Source of the DNA: an uncultured Bacteroides sp.
GTDB lineage: Bacteria; Bacteroidota; Bacteroidia; Bacteroidales; Bacteroidaceae
DNA: 64,000 bases
NCBI RefSeq assembly: GCF_958445495.1
Contig: NZ_CAUCSQ010000019.1
Location: 7,789-71,788 of the forward strand
Direction of reading: 5' to 3'
How positions within the stretch are numbered: the stretch's first letter is position 1; each line of letters begins with the position of its first letter. A program made the position numbers and the translations under genes. Shown here piece after piece: positions 17,612-26,250 of this stretch. Below the pieces are notes generated by a model. The model did not search any database. It was not told the origin of the DNA and was given only the letters and a program-made list of their open reading frames with translations.

Positions 17612-19021
17612 ATGAAAAAGAATATTATATACTTGGCAGGAGCTTTATTAAGCTCCGCCATACTAACATTCGGATGTTCGGAAGACATCCCCTCGTACAG
17701 TGAGCTGACTATCGACAAAACGGAGGTTTTCATACAAGCGGACGGAGCCAACCCCTTTGCTGAAATCAATATCACAAACGGGAATGGCAATTATAAAATA
17801 ACCGTAGCTGACGAGAACATAGCAAGTGCCGCTTTAGATGGCAACCGTATTATCATCAATGGCCTGAAGGATGGAGCTACAACTGCTACCGTAACGGATT
17901 GGAGCAAACATTCGGCCGCGTTCACCATCAAGGTAAAAGAAGATTTCGAACTGAAACTGGACAAAGAAGAATTAGTCATGTTCCTGGGTGAAAACGAAAC
18001 AGAACTAGTTAATATCATCAGCGGTAATGGCGGCTATCGAGTGGAAAGCAGCAACAACGAAGTAGCTACTGCCGAAATAAACAACGATGGCAAAATATTA
18101 GTTACCGCACTTAGCAGTGATTTCTGCAATATTATCGTAACCGATGCCGACGGAAATAAAACGACCTTGAAGGTTAAAGTATGCGTCAATCATCTGGTAA
18201 TTGAGGATATAACGGGAAAAGTTTGCATGATAGGCAAAGACTTGAATATCAATATCACATCCGGTAATGGCGAATATTCAGTAGTCAGTGAAAATCCGGA
18301 AATAGCAACGGCGGAAATAGCGGAAGACGCCATTAAAGTAACAGGAGTTTCCAAAGGAGAAGTCAATATTACTGTTACCGACAAAATGAAACTTACAAGT
18401 TCCATAAAACTAAGGGTAACAGGCGGACTTGATATAGAAACGACCCAAATCGACAACTTGTGGATTGGCGAAGAAGTAAAAATTCCTATAATAGACGGTA
18501 GCGGACATTACACTATCGAATGCGGTTCGTCCATGACATGTGTTCTCTCTAAAGATAAGCCGGAACTGGTTATAAATGGCGCTGAAAAGAAAATGGCATT
18601 GAATCAGAAGATTACAGTCACCGACGATATACTCGGAACATCGGCCGTAATCACCGTGAAATGCATTGATTATCCGTTTGAAAAGAATATAGCAAGATGG
18701 TTTATCCAAGGTTCCTTCGGAATACCGGGCGGATGTTCCATCAATGAAACAGACGGTATCACAACGATAAAGGCCGGAGACAAAAATATACGAAACGGCT
18801 TTGTTATTTCTTTCAAAGGAAATCGTACAGAAGGCAGTAAGACCGATGCGACATTATATACTATCAATAGTGCCGGACAGAACGGTAGTGAAATTAAGAT
18901 TTCGAATGTGGTGATGGAAAAAGTGCAATATGATGAAGGGCGGGAACCAAACGGCTTTTTCTGGATAAAGTTCCGTGAAGACGGAAAAGATTACGATTCT
19001 TACATTATAGCCCACACATAA
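17612..19021 (+). CDS. Surface lipoprotein with four tandem Big_2-like Ig domains plus a C-terminal domain (SGBP-like)
   Basis: 469 aa with lipoprotein signal (LTFGCSED). Four modules of about 80 aa each carry G(N/S)GxY ... (V/I)A(T/S)A ... (N/I)I(T/I)VTD motifs. Confidence 0.75.
   Translation: MKKNIIYLAGALLSSAILTFGCSEDIPSYSELTIDKTEVFIQADGANPFAEINITNGNGNYKITVADENIASAALDGNRIIINGLKDGATTATVTDWSKHSAAFTIKVKEDFELKLDKEELVMFLGENETELVNIISGNGGYRVESSNNEVATAEINNDGKILVTALSSDFCNIIVTDADGNKTTLKVKVCVNHLVIEDITGKVCMIGKDLNINITSGNGEYSVVSENPEIATAEIAEDAIKVTGVSKGEVNITVTDKMKLTSSIKLRVTGGLDIETTQIDNLWIGEEVKIPIIDGSGHYTIECGSSMTCVLSKDKPELVINGAEKKMALNQKITVTDDILGTSAVITVKCIDYPFEKNIARWFIQGSFGIPGGCSINETDGITTIKAGDKNIRNGFVISFKGNRTEGSKTDATLYTINSAGQNGSEIKISNVVMEKVQYDEGREPNGFFWIKFREDGKDYDSYIIAHT
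17708..18661 (+). repeat. Four tandem repeats of about 240 nt (about 80 aa) encoding the Ig-like modules
   Basis: The anchor motifs GNGNY, GNGGY, GNGEY and GSGHY start at residues 57, 138, 218 and 296. The repeats are diverged at the DNA level and recognisable at the protein level. Confidence 0.7.
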
Positions 19022-19053
19022 CCACATCAGTCCTATAAAAATGTATGAATCCG

Positions 19054-19077
19054 CCGGAAGTGCCCCCACACTTCCGG
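19054..19077 (+). terminator. Stem-loop terminator after the last PUL1 gene
   Basis: CCGGAAGTG (19054-19062) / CACTTCCGG (19069-19077): a perfect 9-bp stem with a 6-nt loop, 33 nt after the stop. Confidence 0.55.
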
Positions 19078-19118
19078 TAACTTCCGACTTTAGAAAGATA
19101 TAGAAAGAACAATTCACT

Positions 19119-20312
19119 ATGAGTAGAATTTATGATAACAGATTGCGCCTTCTGCAAGAAGCGCATGAAGCTCTGATAACCCGTCCGAACAAAATGATTC
19201 TTCCGGGCAACGGGATTTTTGAAAGATACGAATATCCGGTCTTGACAAATGAACACACCCCTTTGGAATGGCGTTATGATTTGAATCCGGAAACCAATCC
19301 GTATCTGATGGAACGAATCGGCATTAATGCCGCCATGAATTCGGGAGCTATCAAATGGAACGGAAAGTACCTGATGGCAGTACGTGTAGAAGGAAGCGAC
19401 CGGAAATCTTTTTTCGCCATCGCCGAAAGCCCTAACGGAATAGATAACTTCCGTTTTTGGGAATACCCTTTGGCATTGCCAAACACCGACCCGGCGGAAA
19501 CCAATGTATATGACATGCGCCTGACGGCTCACGAAGACGGCTGGATTTATGGAATCTTCTGCAGTGAAAGCCTGGATGCCAACGCTGCACCGGGCGATTT
19601 GTCTTCCGCCATAGCCAAAGCGGGCATTGTGCGCACCAAAGACTTGAGAAACTGGGAACGCCTGCCCAATCTGATTGCTAAAAGCCAGCAACGGAATGTC
19701 GTATTGCACCCGGAGTTCGTAAACGGGAAATATGCCCTATACACACGCCCGCAAGATAACTTTATCGATGCCGGAAACGGAGGAGGAATCGGCTGGGCGC
19801 TGATAGACGATATCACCCATGCAGAGGTAAAAGAAGAAACCATTATAAACCACCGCCATTACCACACGATTAAAGAGGTAAAGAACGGTGAAGGGCCTCA
19901 TCCCATCAAAACCCTCAAAGGATGGTTGCATCTCGCCCACGGAGTACGCGCATGCGCTTCCGGCCTGCGTTATGTTCTCTATTTGTACATGACATCCCTG
20001 GAAGACCCGGCAAGAACCATTGCCGAACCCGGCGGCTTTTTATTGGCCCCCCGGGGAGAAGAAAGAATCGGAGACGTATCCAACGTGCTCTTTTCCAACG
20101 GATGGATTGCGGACGAAGACGGGACTGTGTATATTTATTATGCTTCTTCCGATACCCGGATGCATGTGGCAACTTCCACAATCGAGAGACTGACAGACTA
20201 CTGTTTGCATACGCCGGCAGACGGTTTCCGTTCTGCAAAATCCGTAGAGAACATCTGCCGGCTCATAGAAACGAACAAGCTTGTTTTAGAAGAAAGCATT
20301 GCGGCATTGTAA
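19119..20312 (+). CDS. GH130 beta-mannoside phosphorylase (closest, from memory, to 4-O-beta-D-mannosyl-D-glucose phosphorylase, GH130_1)
   Basis: 397 aa with no signal peptide. Long conserved strings match the B. fragilis mannosylglucose phosphorylase type: [129 protein letters not shown]. Confidence 0.9.
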   Translation: MSRIYDNRLRLLQEAHEALITRPNKMILPGNGIFERYEYPVLTNEHTPLEWRYDLNPETNPYLMERIGINAAMNSGAIKWNGKYLMAVRVEGSDRKSFFAIAESPNGIDNFRFWEYPLALPNTDPAETNVYDMRLTAHEDGWIYGIFCSESLDANAAPGDLSSAIAKAGIVRTKDLRNWERLPNLIAKSQQRNVVLHPEFVNGKYALYTRPQDNFIDAGNGGGIGWALIDDITHAEVKEETIINHRHYHTIKEVKNGEGPHPIKTLKGWLHLAHGVRACASGLRYVLYLYMTSLEDPARTIAEPGGFLLAPRGEERIGDVSNVLFSNGWIADEDGTVYIYYASSDTRMHVATSTIERLTDYCLHTPADGFRSAKSVENICRLIETNKLVLEESIAAL

Positions 20313-20346
20313 CTCCGGACATTTTACCGACCGTATCCCGGACCGT

Positions 20347-20381
20347 CAGGGTTTCCATGTTGAAAAAGGACAGAAACCCTG
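20347..20381 (+). terminator. Stem-loop after the GH130 gene
   Basis: CAGGGTTTC (20347-20355) / GAAACCCTG (20373-20381): a 9-bp stem. It can be extended by CCGTATC (20331-20337) / GATACGG (20385-20391). Confidence 0.5.
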
Positions 20382-20506
20382 ATGGATACGGCTATCCGGG
20401 CAACTGGCGATACGGCCTTACATTCAAACAGTTCCGCATTCAAACGGCTCCGTATCCAAAGCGAGGAAATATTTAAAGGATAGTATCGAAATGAGTTAAA
20501 ATAATA

Positions 20507-20538
20507 TTTGTTTCCCGCCCGCTTTCCCCCTACCTTTG
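20507..20538 (+). promoter_or_regulatory. Bacteroides-type promoter of the symporter gene (-33 TTTG, -7 TACCTTTG)
   Basis: TTTG at 20507-20510, a 20-nt spacer, then TACCTTTG at 20531-20538. The ATG is at 20570. The 13-nt context CCCTACCTTTGCC is identical to the PUL1 promoter. Confidence 0.5.
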
Positions 20539-20569
20539 CCGCCACTTATCAATTAACCAAAACGACCAT

Positions 20570-22447
20570 ATGAAATTACACACTGCCGACCTTCTCATCA
20601 TCTGCGCTTACCTGGTTGCCATGATTGCCATCGGACTCATCCTGAAAAAACGTGCCGCCCAAAACATGGACTCTTATTTCCTGGGAGGAAAAACGCTTCC
20701 ATTCTATATGCTCGGCCTGTCCAACGCTTCCGGAATGTTCGATATCACAGGTACGATGCTTATGGTGTACTGGGCGTTCGCCTACGGGTTCAAGAGCCTG
20801 TGGATTCCCTGGCTATGGCCGGTATTCAATCAGATATTCCTAATGGTTTACCTGTCCGTGTGGCTGCGCCGTTCGAACGTGCTCACCGGCGCCGAGTGGA
20901 TTAAAACCCGTTTCGGAAAAGGAAAAGGGGCGACGCTTTCCCACACTGTGGTGATAATATTCGCCTTATTAAGCGTATTAGGTTTTTTAAGTTACGGATT
21001 CATAGGCATCGGTAAGTTCATGGAGATATTCATCCCCTGGGAAGCGGTATCCCCGTATTTCCCCTTCCATGTTCCCACGGAATACGTTCCCCACGTGTAT
21101 GGCATCTTCTTCACAACCATCGCCACTTTCTACGTTATGCTCGGAGGGATGTTGAGCATCGTATGGACAGACGTCGTCCAATTCCTGATTATGACGGTAG
21201 CGGGCATCGTGATTGTCGTCATTGCCATGCAAATGGTGGCGCCGGAAATGATTCACTCATTCGTACCTGCCGGATGGGACTCCCCTTTCTTCGGACGGAC
21301 GCTCGACATCGACTGGAGCAGCCGGATGAACCTTCTCACCGAACGAATGGCTAATGAACCTTACAGTCTGATAAGCATCTTTGTCATGATGGCCCTGCTG
21401 AAAGGAGTCTTTATGAGTATGGCAGGCCCCGCACCCAACTATGACATGCAGAAGATTCTATCCTGCAAATCCCCCAAAGAAGCCGCCCTGATGAGCGGTT
21501 CCGTATCCGTTGTCCTGCTAATCCCCCGCTACCTGATGATTATGGGATTCGCCCTGCTGGCTATCTACTTTTTCAAGGAAGACGGCGGACTGGCGCAGAT
21601 GGAGACCACACGGACCGATTTCGAGACGATTCTCCCGCATCTGATTACACGTTATGTCCCGGCAGGACTGGCGGGCCTGCTGCTGGCGGGGTTGCTGGCT
21701 GCTTTCATGTCTACTTTCGCCTCCACGGTCAATGCAGCTCCCGCTTACATCGTGAACGACATCTACCTGAAATACATCCGTCCGGACGCAAGCGTAAAGA
21801 CACAGATACGCAGCAGTTATGCAATTTCCGTGGCAGTAGTGGCAATCAGCACCGTTATCGGGTTCTTCCTGAAAGATATCAACGAAATCTTCCAATGGAT
21901 TGTGGGTGCGCTCTTCGGAGGATACATCGCCGCCAACGTATTGAAATGGCACTGGTGGCGTTTCAACGGTGAAGGTTATTTCTGGGGAATGACCGCCGGA
22001 GTCATAGCGGCCGTTATCATGAAATTCACCGTTCCCGACGCATGGGTGCTTTACTTCTTCCCCGTACTGTTCGGCGTTTCCCTGGCAGGCTGTATCCTGG
22101 GAACCTATAGCGCCCCTGCAACCGACGAAGAAACATTAATCAGTTTCTACACTCGCGTACGCCCTTGGGGATGGTGGAAACCGATTGAAAAGAAAGCGGC
22201 GGCGCGTTACCCTCACATCCGGCCGAATAAAAATTTCAAAAGGGATGCCTTCAACGTGGCGGTCGGCATTGTCTGGCAATGCAGCCTTACCGTCATTCCG
22301 ATGTATCTCGTTGTCCGTGAACAACTGGGGCTCTGGAGCTCAATCGGACTGCTTCTGGCAACCACGCTGATACTGAGAAAAACCTGGTACAAGCCTCTGT
22401 GCAAAGAAGAAATGCGTTACAATGAGGAAATGAAACAACTGAAATAA
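20570..22447 (+). CDS. Sodium:solute symporter family (SSF) transporter
   Basis: 625 aa and highly hydrophobic, with more than 12 predicted TM segments. The N-terminal motif SYFLGGKTLPFYMLGLSNASGMFD is typical of the SSF family. Confidence 0.85.
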   Translation: MKLHTADLLIICAYLVAMIAIGLILKKRAAQNMDSYFLGGKTLPFYMLGLSNASGMFDITGTMLMVYWAFAYGFKSLWIPWLWPVFNQIFLMVYLSVWLRRSNVLTGAEWIKTRFGKGKGATLSHTVVIIFALLSVLGFLSYGFIGIGKFMEIFIPWEAVSPYFPFHVPTEYVPHVYGIFFTTIATFYVMLGGMLSIVWTDVVQFLIMTVAGIVIVVIAMQMVAPEMIHSFVPAGWDSPFFGRTLDIDWSSRMNLLTERMANEPYSLISIFVMMALLKGVFMSMAGPAPNYDMQKILSCKSPKEAALMSGSVSVVLLIPRYLMIMGFALLAIYFFKEDGGLAQMETTRTDFETILPHLITRYVPAGLAGLLLAGLLAAFMSTFASTVNAAPAYIVNDIYLKYIRPDASVKTQIRSSYAISVAVVAISTVIGFFLKDINEIFQWIVGALFGGYIAANVLKWHWWRFNGEGYFWGMTAGVIAAVIMKFTVPDAWVLYFFPVLFGVSLAGCILGTYSAPATDEETLISFYTRVRPWGWWKPIEKKAAARYPHIRPNKNFKRDAFNVAVGIVWQCSLTVIPMYLVVREQLGLWSSIGLLLATTLILRKTWYKPLCKEEMRYNEEMKQLK

Positions 22448-22486
22448 AAGAAATTAGCTTAACACACTAAAAACAGAGAACCGGCC

Positions 22487-24985
22487 ATGAAAAGATTATC
22501 CGTCGTACTATTGCCAATCCTGCTATGCCTGCCGCTATGCGCTCAATTCAGAGGAACAGTCTACATCGACACCAACCAGTCGGGCACACCGGACAAAGAA
22601 GACAAACCGCTGGCGGGAATCCTGGTAACAGACGGGCTAAACGTGGTAGAGACGGATAAGAAAGGCCGGTTCTCTTTACCCGGATTTGAAAAGACGCGGT
22701 TTATCACCGTCACCACTCCCGCCGGATTCGAAACCGGGCAGTTCTACCTGCCCGTCAGCGAAAACAGAAAAAGCTATGACTTCCTGCTGGCCGAAAGCGA
22801 ACGCACGAAATCCAAAGCGCATTCCTTTATTCAAATCACCGACACCGAAGTGACGGGAGGAATGGGACGCTGGGTCACCGACCTGAAACAGTATATCAAT
22901 AACGAAAAGCCCGCTTTCCTGATTCATACCGGAGACATCTGTTACGAACCGGGATTGCGGATGCACCGGCAAATCGTCAACGCACAGACGATGGGCTGTC
23001 CCGTTTACTATTGCATCGGCAACCACGACCTTGTGAAAGGCAAATACGGGGAAGAACTTTACGAATCTGTTTACGGCCCGACATGGTATTCTTTCGATGT
23101 GGGCAATATCCATTACGTAGTCACTCCTATCGACCACGGCGACAATCCGACCGGCTATACCCTAACGGACGTATATAACTGGCTGAAAAACGACCTTGCC
23201 CACATCGGGAAAGACAAGGCCTTAATCCTCTTCAACCACGATTTGCTTACTCCGAGCGACATCTTCGTCTTCAAAGCCGACGACCGCCACATGCTCGACT
23301 TGCGGGCCTTCAACACCAAAGCCCAGATATACGGGCACATGCACTATAACTACGTCCGCAACCAGAACGGTATTTACACCATCTGCACAGGCACGTTGGA
23401 CAAAGGCGGCATCGACCACTCGCCCGCCGCTTTCCGCGAAATCAAGATAGATGCCGGTAACAATATCAGCACGGAATTAAGATACGCCTTCATCGAACCG
23501 CACATCGCCATCGTCTCTCCCATAGACAACCAAACCGCAGCCATCCGCCCCGATACCGGCGGCCGGATTCCCGTTTCCGTCAATGCCTATCATTCCCAGG
23601 CAAAGACATCGCGCGTGTCCTATGTACTGAACGATACGGAGGACAACCGGGAAATAGCCAGAGGCGACCTGGCTCCCCTCACCGACTGGAACTGGAACGG
23701 AGACATCGAAGTGCCTGCCGGTACAGACGGGAAAAAACTGAGACTTACAGTCACCTCTTCTTTCACGGACGGAAAGAAAGTGACCGCTGCCAGCCGGTTC
23801 CTCTACCGGAAAGATTTCAAGCCGGCAAGCGTTCCGGGCAATGACTGGAATACGCTGCTTCAAAATGCGGCGCATTCCGGCGGCGTCAACGATTCCCGCA
23901 TCAAGCTGCCTCTGCAACTTCAATGGACAGCCAATGCGGGCGGCAATATTTTCATGAGCTCTCCCGTCATTGCCGGGCAAAAAGTATTCATCGCCACCAC
24001 GGACGATAACGTATCATTAAACACGTCCGTCTGCGCTTTCGACCTCAATTCCGGCAAACCGCTATGGAGATTCCGCACAGCCAATTCCGTTAAAAACACC
24101 ATGGCATACGAAAACGGAATCATTGCGGTCCAGGATGTTTCCTGCCATCTGTACGCCTTAAACGCCGAATCGGGAAATCTGCTTTGGAAACGATACATCG
24201 ACCTGCAAGGTTATCCCTACTTGCCGGAAGGCCTGACCGTACACGAAGGAACGGTCTACGCCGGAATCGGCTCCGGCCTGTCCGCCTACGACCTGAAAAC
24301 AGGAAAAAGGCTCTGGACAAACAAAGACTGGAAACAGCGGGAAGGTGCTACCACCACGCTAACGGTTGCCCAAGAGGTATTAGTCAGCGGGACTCAATGG
24401 GGAGGATTATACGCCAATGACATCCACACCGGGAAACTACTCTGGAAACTGTCCGGCGACGGGCTTAGCAACCGGGGAGCGTCTCCTGTTTACAAAGACG
24501 GGGAATTATGGATTATCTCTTCCAAAAGCTTTTTCACCATAGAGCCTCAAACGGGGAGAATACTTCGGCAAAAGGAGTTGTCCGCCAACCTGGACGTTAC
24601 CTCTACACCGCTTGTCACGGAAGAGGAAATTATCTTCGGAACCGCCGACTGCGGCATTCTCGCACTGGACAAATCCACCCTCTTCAATAAATGGAAACTG
24701 GAGACGTCTCCCTCTCTCGTGTACACCGCCCCTTATTCCACCGCCCCGCAAGCCGGAGTAGAAACCAGCCCTGCAGCATCGCAAGGCATCGTTTACATCG
24801 GGGCTTCCGACGGCTACCTGTACGCGGCCGACCAGACGACAGGCATTATAAAAAACAAACAATATATTGGAGCGCCGTTATTCTCGACCGTGGCTTTATC
24901 CGGAGACAAAATGATTGTCTGCGATTTCGCAGGCAATGTTTATTGCTTCTCGTCGGGACAGACCCGTTCTTCATTGCCGGATTGA
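22487..24985 (+). CDS. Secreted calcineurin-like metallophosphoesterase fused to a PQQ/BamB-like beta-propeller
   Basis: 832 aa with a signal peptide. Phosphoesterase motifs: QITDTE, HTGDICYE, CIGNHD, FNHD, GHMHYN. The C-terminal half has repeated G(K/N)xLW motifs (SGKPLWRF, SGNLLWKR, TGKRLWTN, TGKLLWKL). Confidence 0.8.
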   Translation: MKRLSVVLLPILLCLPLCAQFRGTVYIDTNQSGTPDKEDKPLAGILVTDGLNVVETDKKGRFSLPGFEKTRFITVTTPAGFETGQFYLPVSENRKSYDFLLAESERTKSKAHSFIQITDTEVTGGMGRWVTDLKQYINNEKPAFLIHTGDICYEPGLRMHRQIVNAQTMGCPVYYCIGNHDLVKGKYGEELYESVYGPTWYSFDVGNIHYVVTPIDHGDNPTGYTLTDVYNWLKNDLAHIGKDKALILFNHDLLTPSDIFVFKADDRHMLDLRAFNTKAQIYGHMHYNYVRNQNGIYTICTGTLDKGGIDHSPAAFREIKIDAGNNISTELRYAFIEPHIAIVSPIDNQTAAIRPDTGGRIPVSVNAYHSQAKTSRVSYVLNDTEDNREIARGDLAPLTDWNWNGDIEVPAGTDGKKLRLTVTSSFTDGKKVTAASRFLYRKDFKPASVPGNDWNTLLQNAAHSGGVNDSRIKLPLQLQWTANAGGNIFMSSPVIAGQKVFIATTDDNVSLNTSVCAFDLNSGKPLWRFRTANSVKNTMAYENGIIAVQDVSCHLYALNAESGNLLWKRYIDLQGYPYLPEGLTVHEGTVYAGIGSGLSAYDLKTGKRLWTNKDWKQREGATTTLTVAQEVLVSGTQWGGLYANDIHTGKLLWKLSGDGLSNRGASPVYKDGELWIISSKSFFTIEPQTGRILRQKELSANLDVTSTPLVTEEEIIFGTADCGILALDKSTLFNKWKLETSPSLVYTAPYSTAPQAGVETSPAASQGIVYIGASDGYLYAADQTTGIIKNKQYIGAPLFSTVALSGDKMIVCDFAGNVYCFSSGQTRSSLPD

Positions 24986-25072
24986 ACCCCAAGACAGAAA
25001 AATGAGGCGGCCCTTGCCTTCCGTCCGCACAGTTTTTGCCATCCCGCACGTTGTAATTTAAAGATTATCACG

Positions 25073-25080
25073 TATCTTTG
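25073..25080 (+). promoter_or_regulatory. -7 promoter box TATCTTTG upstream of the GNAT-like gene
   Basis: Matches TAnnTTTG and ends 25 nt upstream of ATG 25106. Confidence 0.4.
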
Positions 25081-25105
25081 TCTCCTCAAATCATAAATAC
25101 GAGAT

Positions 25106-26242
25106 ATGGCTATTACAATCAAGAAAGTCTCCACGAAAAGAGAACTTAAAAAATTCATCCGTTTCAATTACAGAATGTACAAGGATAACCCCTACTCTGT
25201 GCCTGACCTCTACGACGATATGCTCAACACCTTCAACAAGAAGAAAAACGCGGCATTCGAGTTTTGCGAAGCCGACTACTTCCTCGCCTACCGGGACGGC
25301 AAAATAGTGGGACGTGTAGCCGCTATCATCAACAACCAGGCGAACGAAAAGTGGCAATGCAAGAACGTCCGCTTCGGATGGATAGACTTCATCGACGACG
25401 CCGAAGTATCTTCCGCGCTCATCAAGACCGTGGAAGATTGGGGAAAGGAACGGGGAATGACCCATATTGCCGGCCCTCTCGGATTTACCGACTTCGACGC
25501 GGAAGGAATGTTAATCGAAGGGTTCGACCAGCTCAGCACGATGGCTACCATCTACAACTATCCGTACTACCCCGTGCACATGGAGAAACTCGGATTTGAA
25601 AAAGACGCCGACTGGGTGGAATACAAAATCTACATTCCGGACGCCATCCCCGACAAACACAAGCGCATCTCCGAACTAATCCAACGGAAATACAACCTCA
25701 AAATAAAAAAATACACCTCCGGGAAGAAAATAGCCAAAGACTACGGCCAGAAGATATTCGAGCTGATGAACGAAGCATACAGCCCTCTCTACGGATACTC
25801 GCCGCTGACGCAACGCCAAATCAACCAGTACGTCAAGATGTACCTTCCGATTCTCGACCTGCGGATGGTTACGCTTATCACCGACGCCGACGACAAACTG
25901 GTAGCCGTCGGTATTTCCATGCCTTCGCTCGCCGAGGCGCTGCAGAAATCGCACGGCCGCCTGTTGCCTCTCGGATGGTTCTACCTGTTGAAGGCGCTGT
26001 TCATGAAACGACGTGCGAAAATGCTTGATTTACTACTGGTTGCCGTGAAGCCGGAATACCAGAACAAAGGTGTTAACGCTTTGTTATTTTCCGATTTAAT
26101 TCCGGTTTATCAAAAATTAGGTTTTATCTTTGCAGAAAGCAATCCCGAACTGGAAATGAACGGAAAAGTCCAGGCGCAATGGGATTATTTCGAGACTCAA
26201 CAACATAAGCGCCGCCGTGCGTTCATCAAAGAGATAAAATAA
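25106..26242 (+). CDS. GNAT-family N-acetyltransferase-like protein
   Basis: 378 aa. Acetyl-CoA-binding-type motif [20 protein letters not shown] near the C-terminus. The function is not otherwise assignable. Confidence 0.65.
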   Translation: MAITIKKVSTKRELKKFIRFNYRMYKDNPYSVPDLYDDMLNTFNKKKNAAFEFCEADYFLAYRDGKIVGRVAAIINNQANEKWQCKNVRFGWIDFIDDAEVSSALIKTVEDWGKERGMTHIAGPLGFTDFDAEGMLIEGFDQLSTMATIYNYPYYPVHMEKLGFEKDADWVEYKIYIPDAIPDKHKRISELIQRKYNLKIKKYTSGKKIAKDYGQKIFELMNEAYSPLYGYSPLTQRQINQYVKMYLPILDLRMVTLITDADDKLVAVGISMPSLAEALQKSHGRLLPLGWFYLLKALFMKRRAKMLDLLLVAVKPEYQNKGVNALLFSDLIPVYQKLGFIFAESNPELEMNGKVQAQWDYFETQQHKRRRAFIKEIK

Positions 26243-26250
26243 AAATAACT

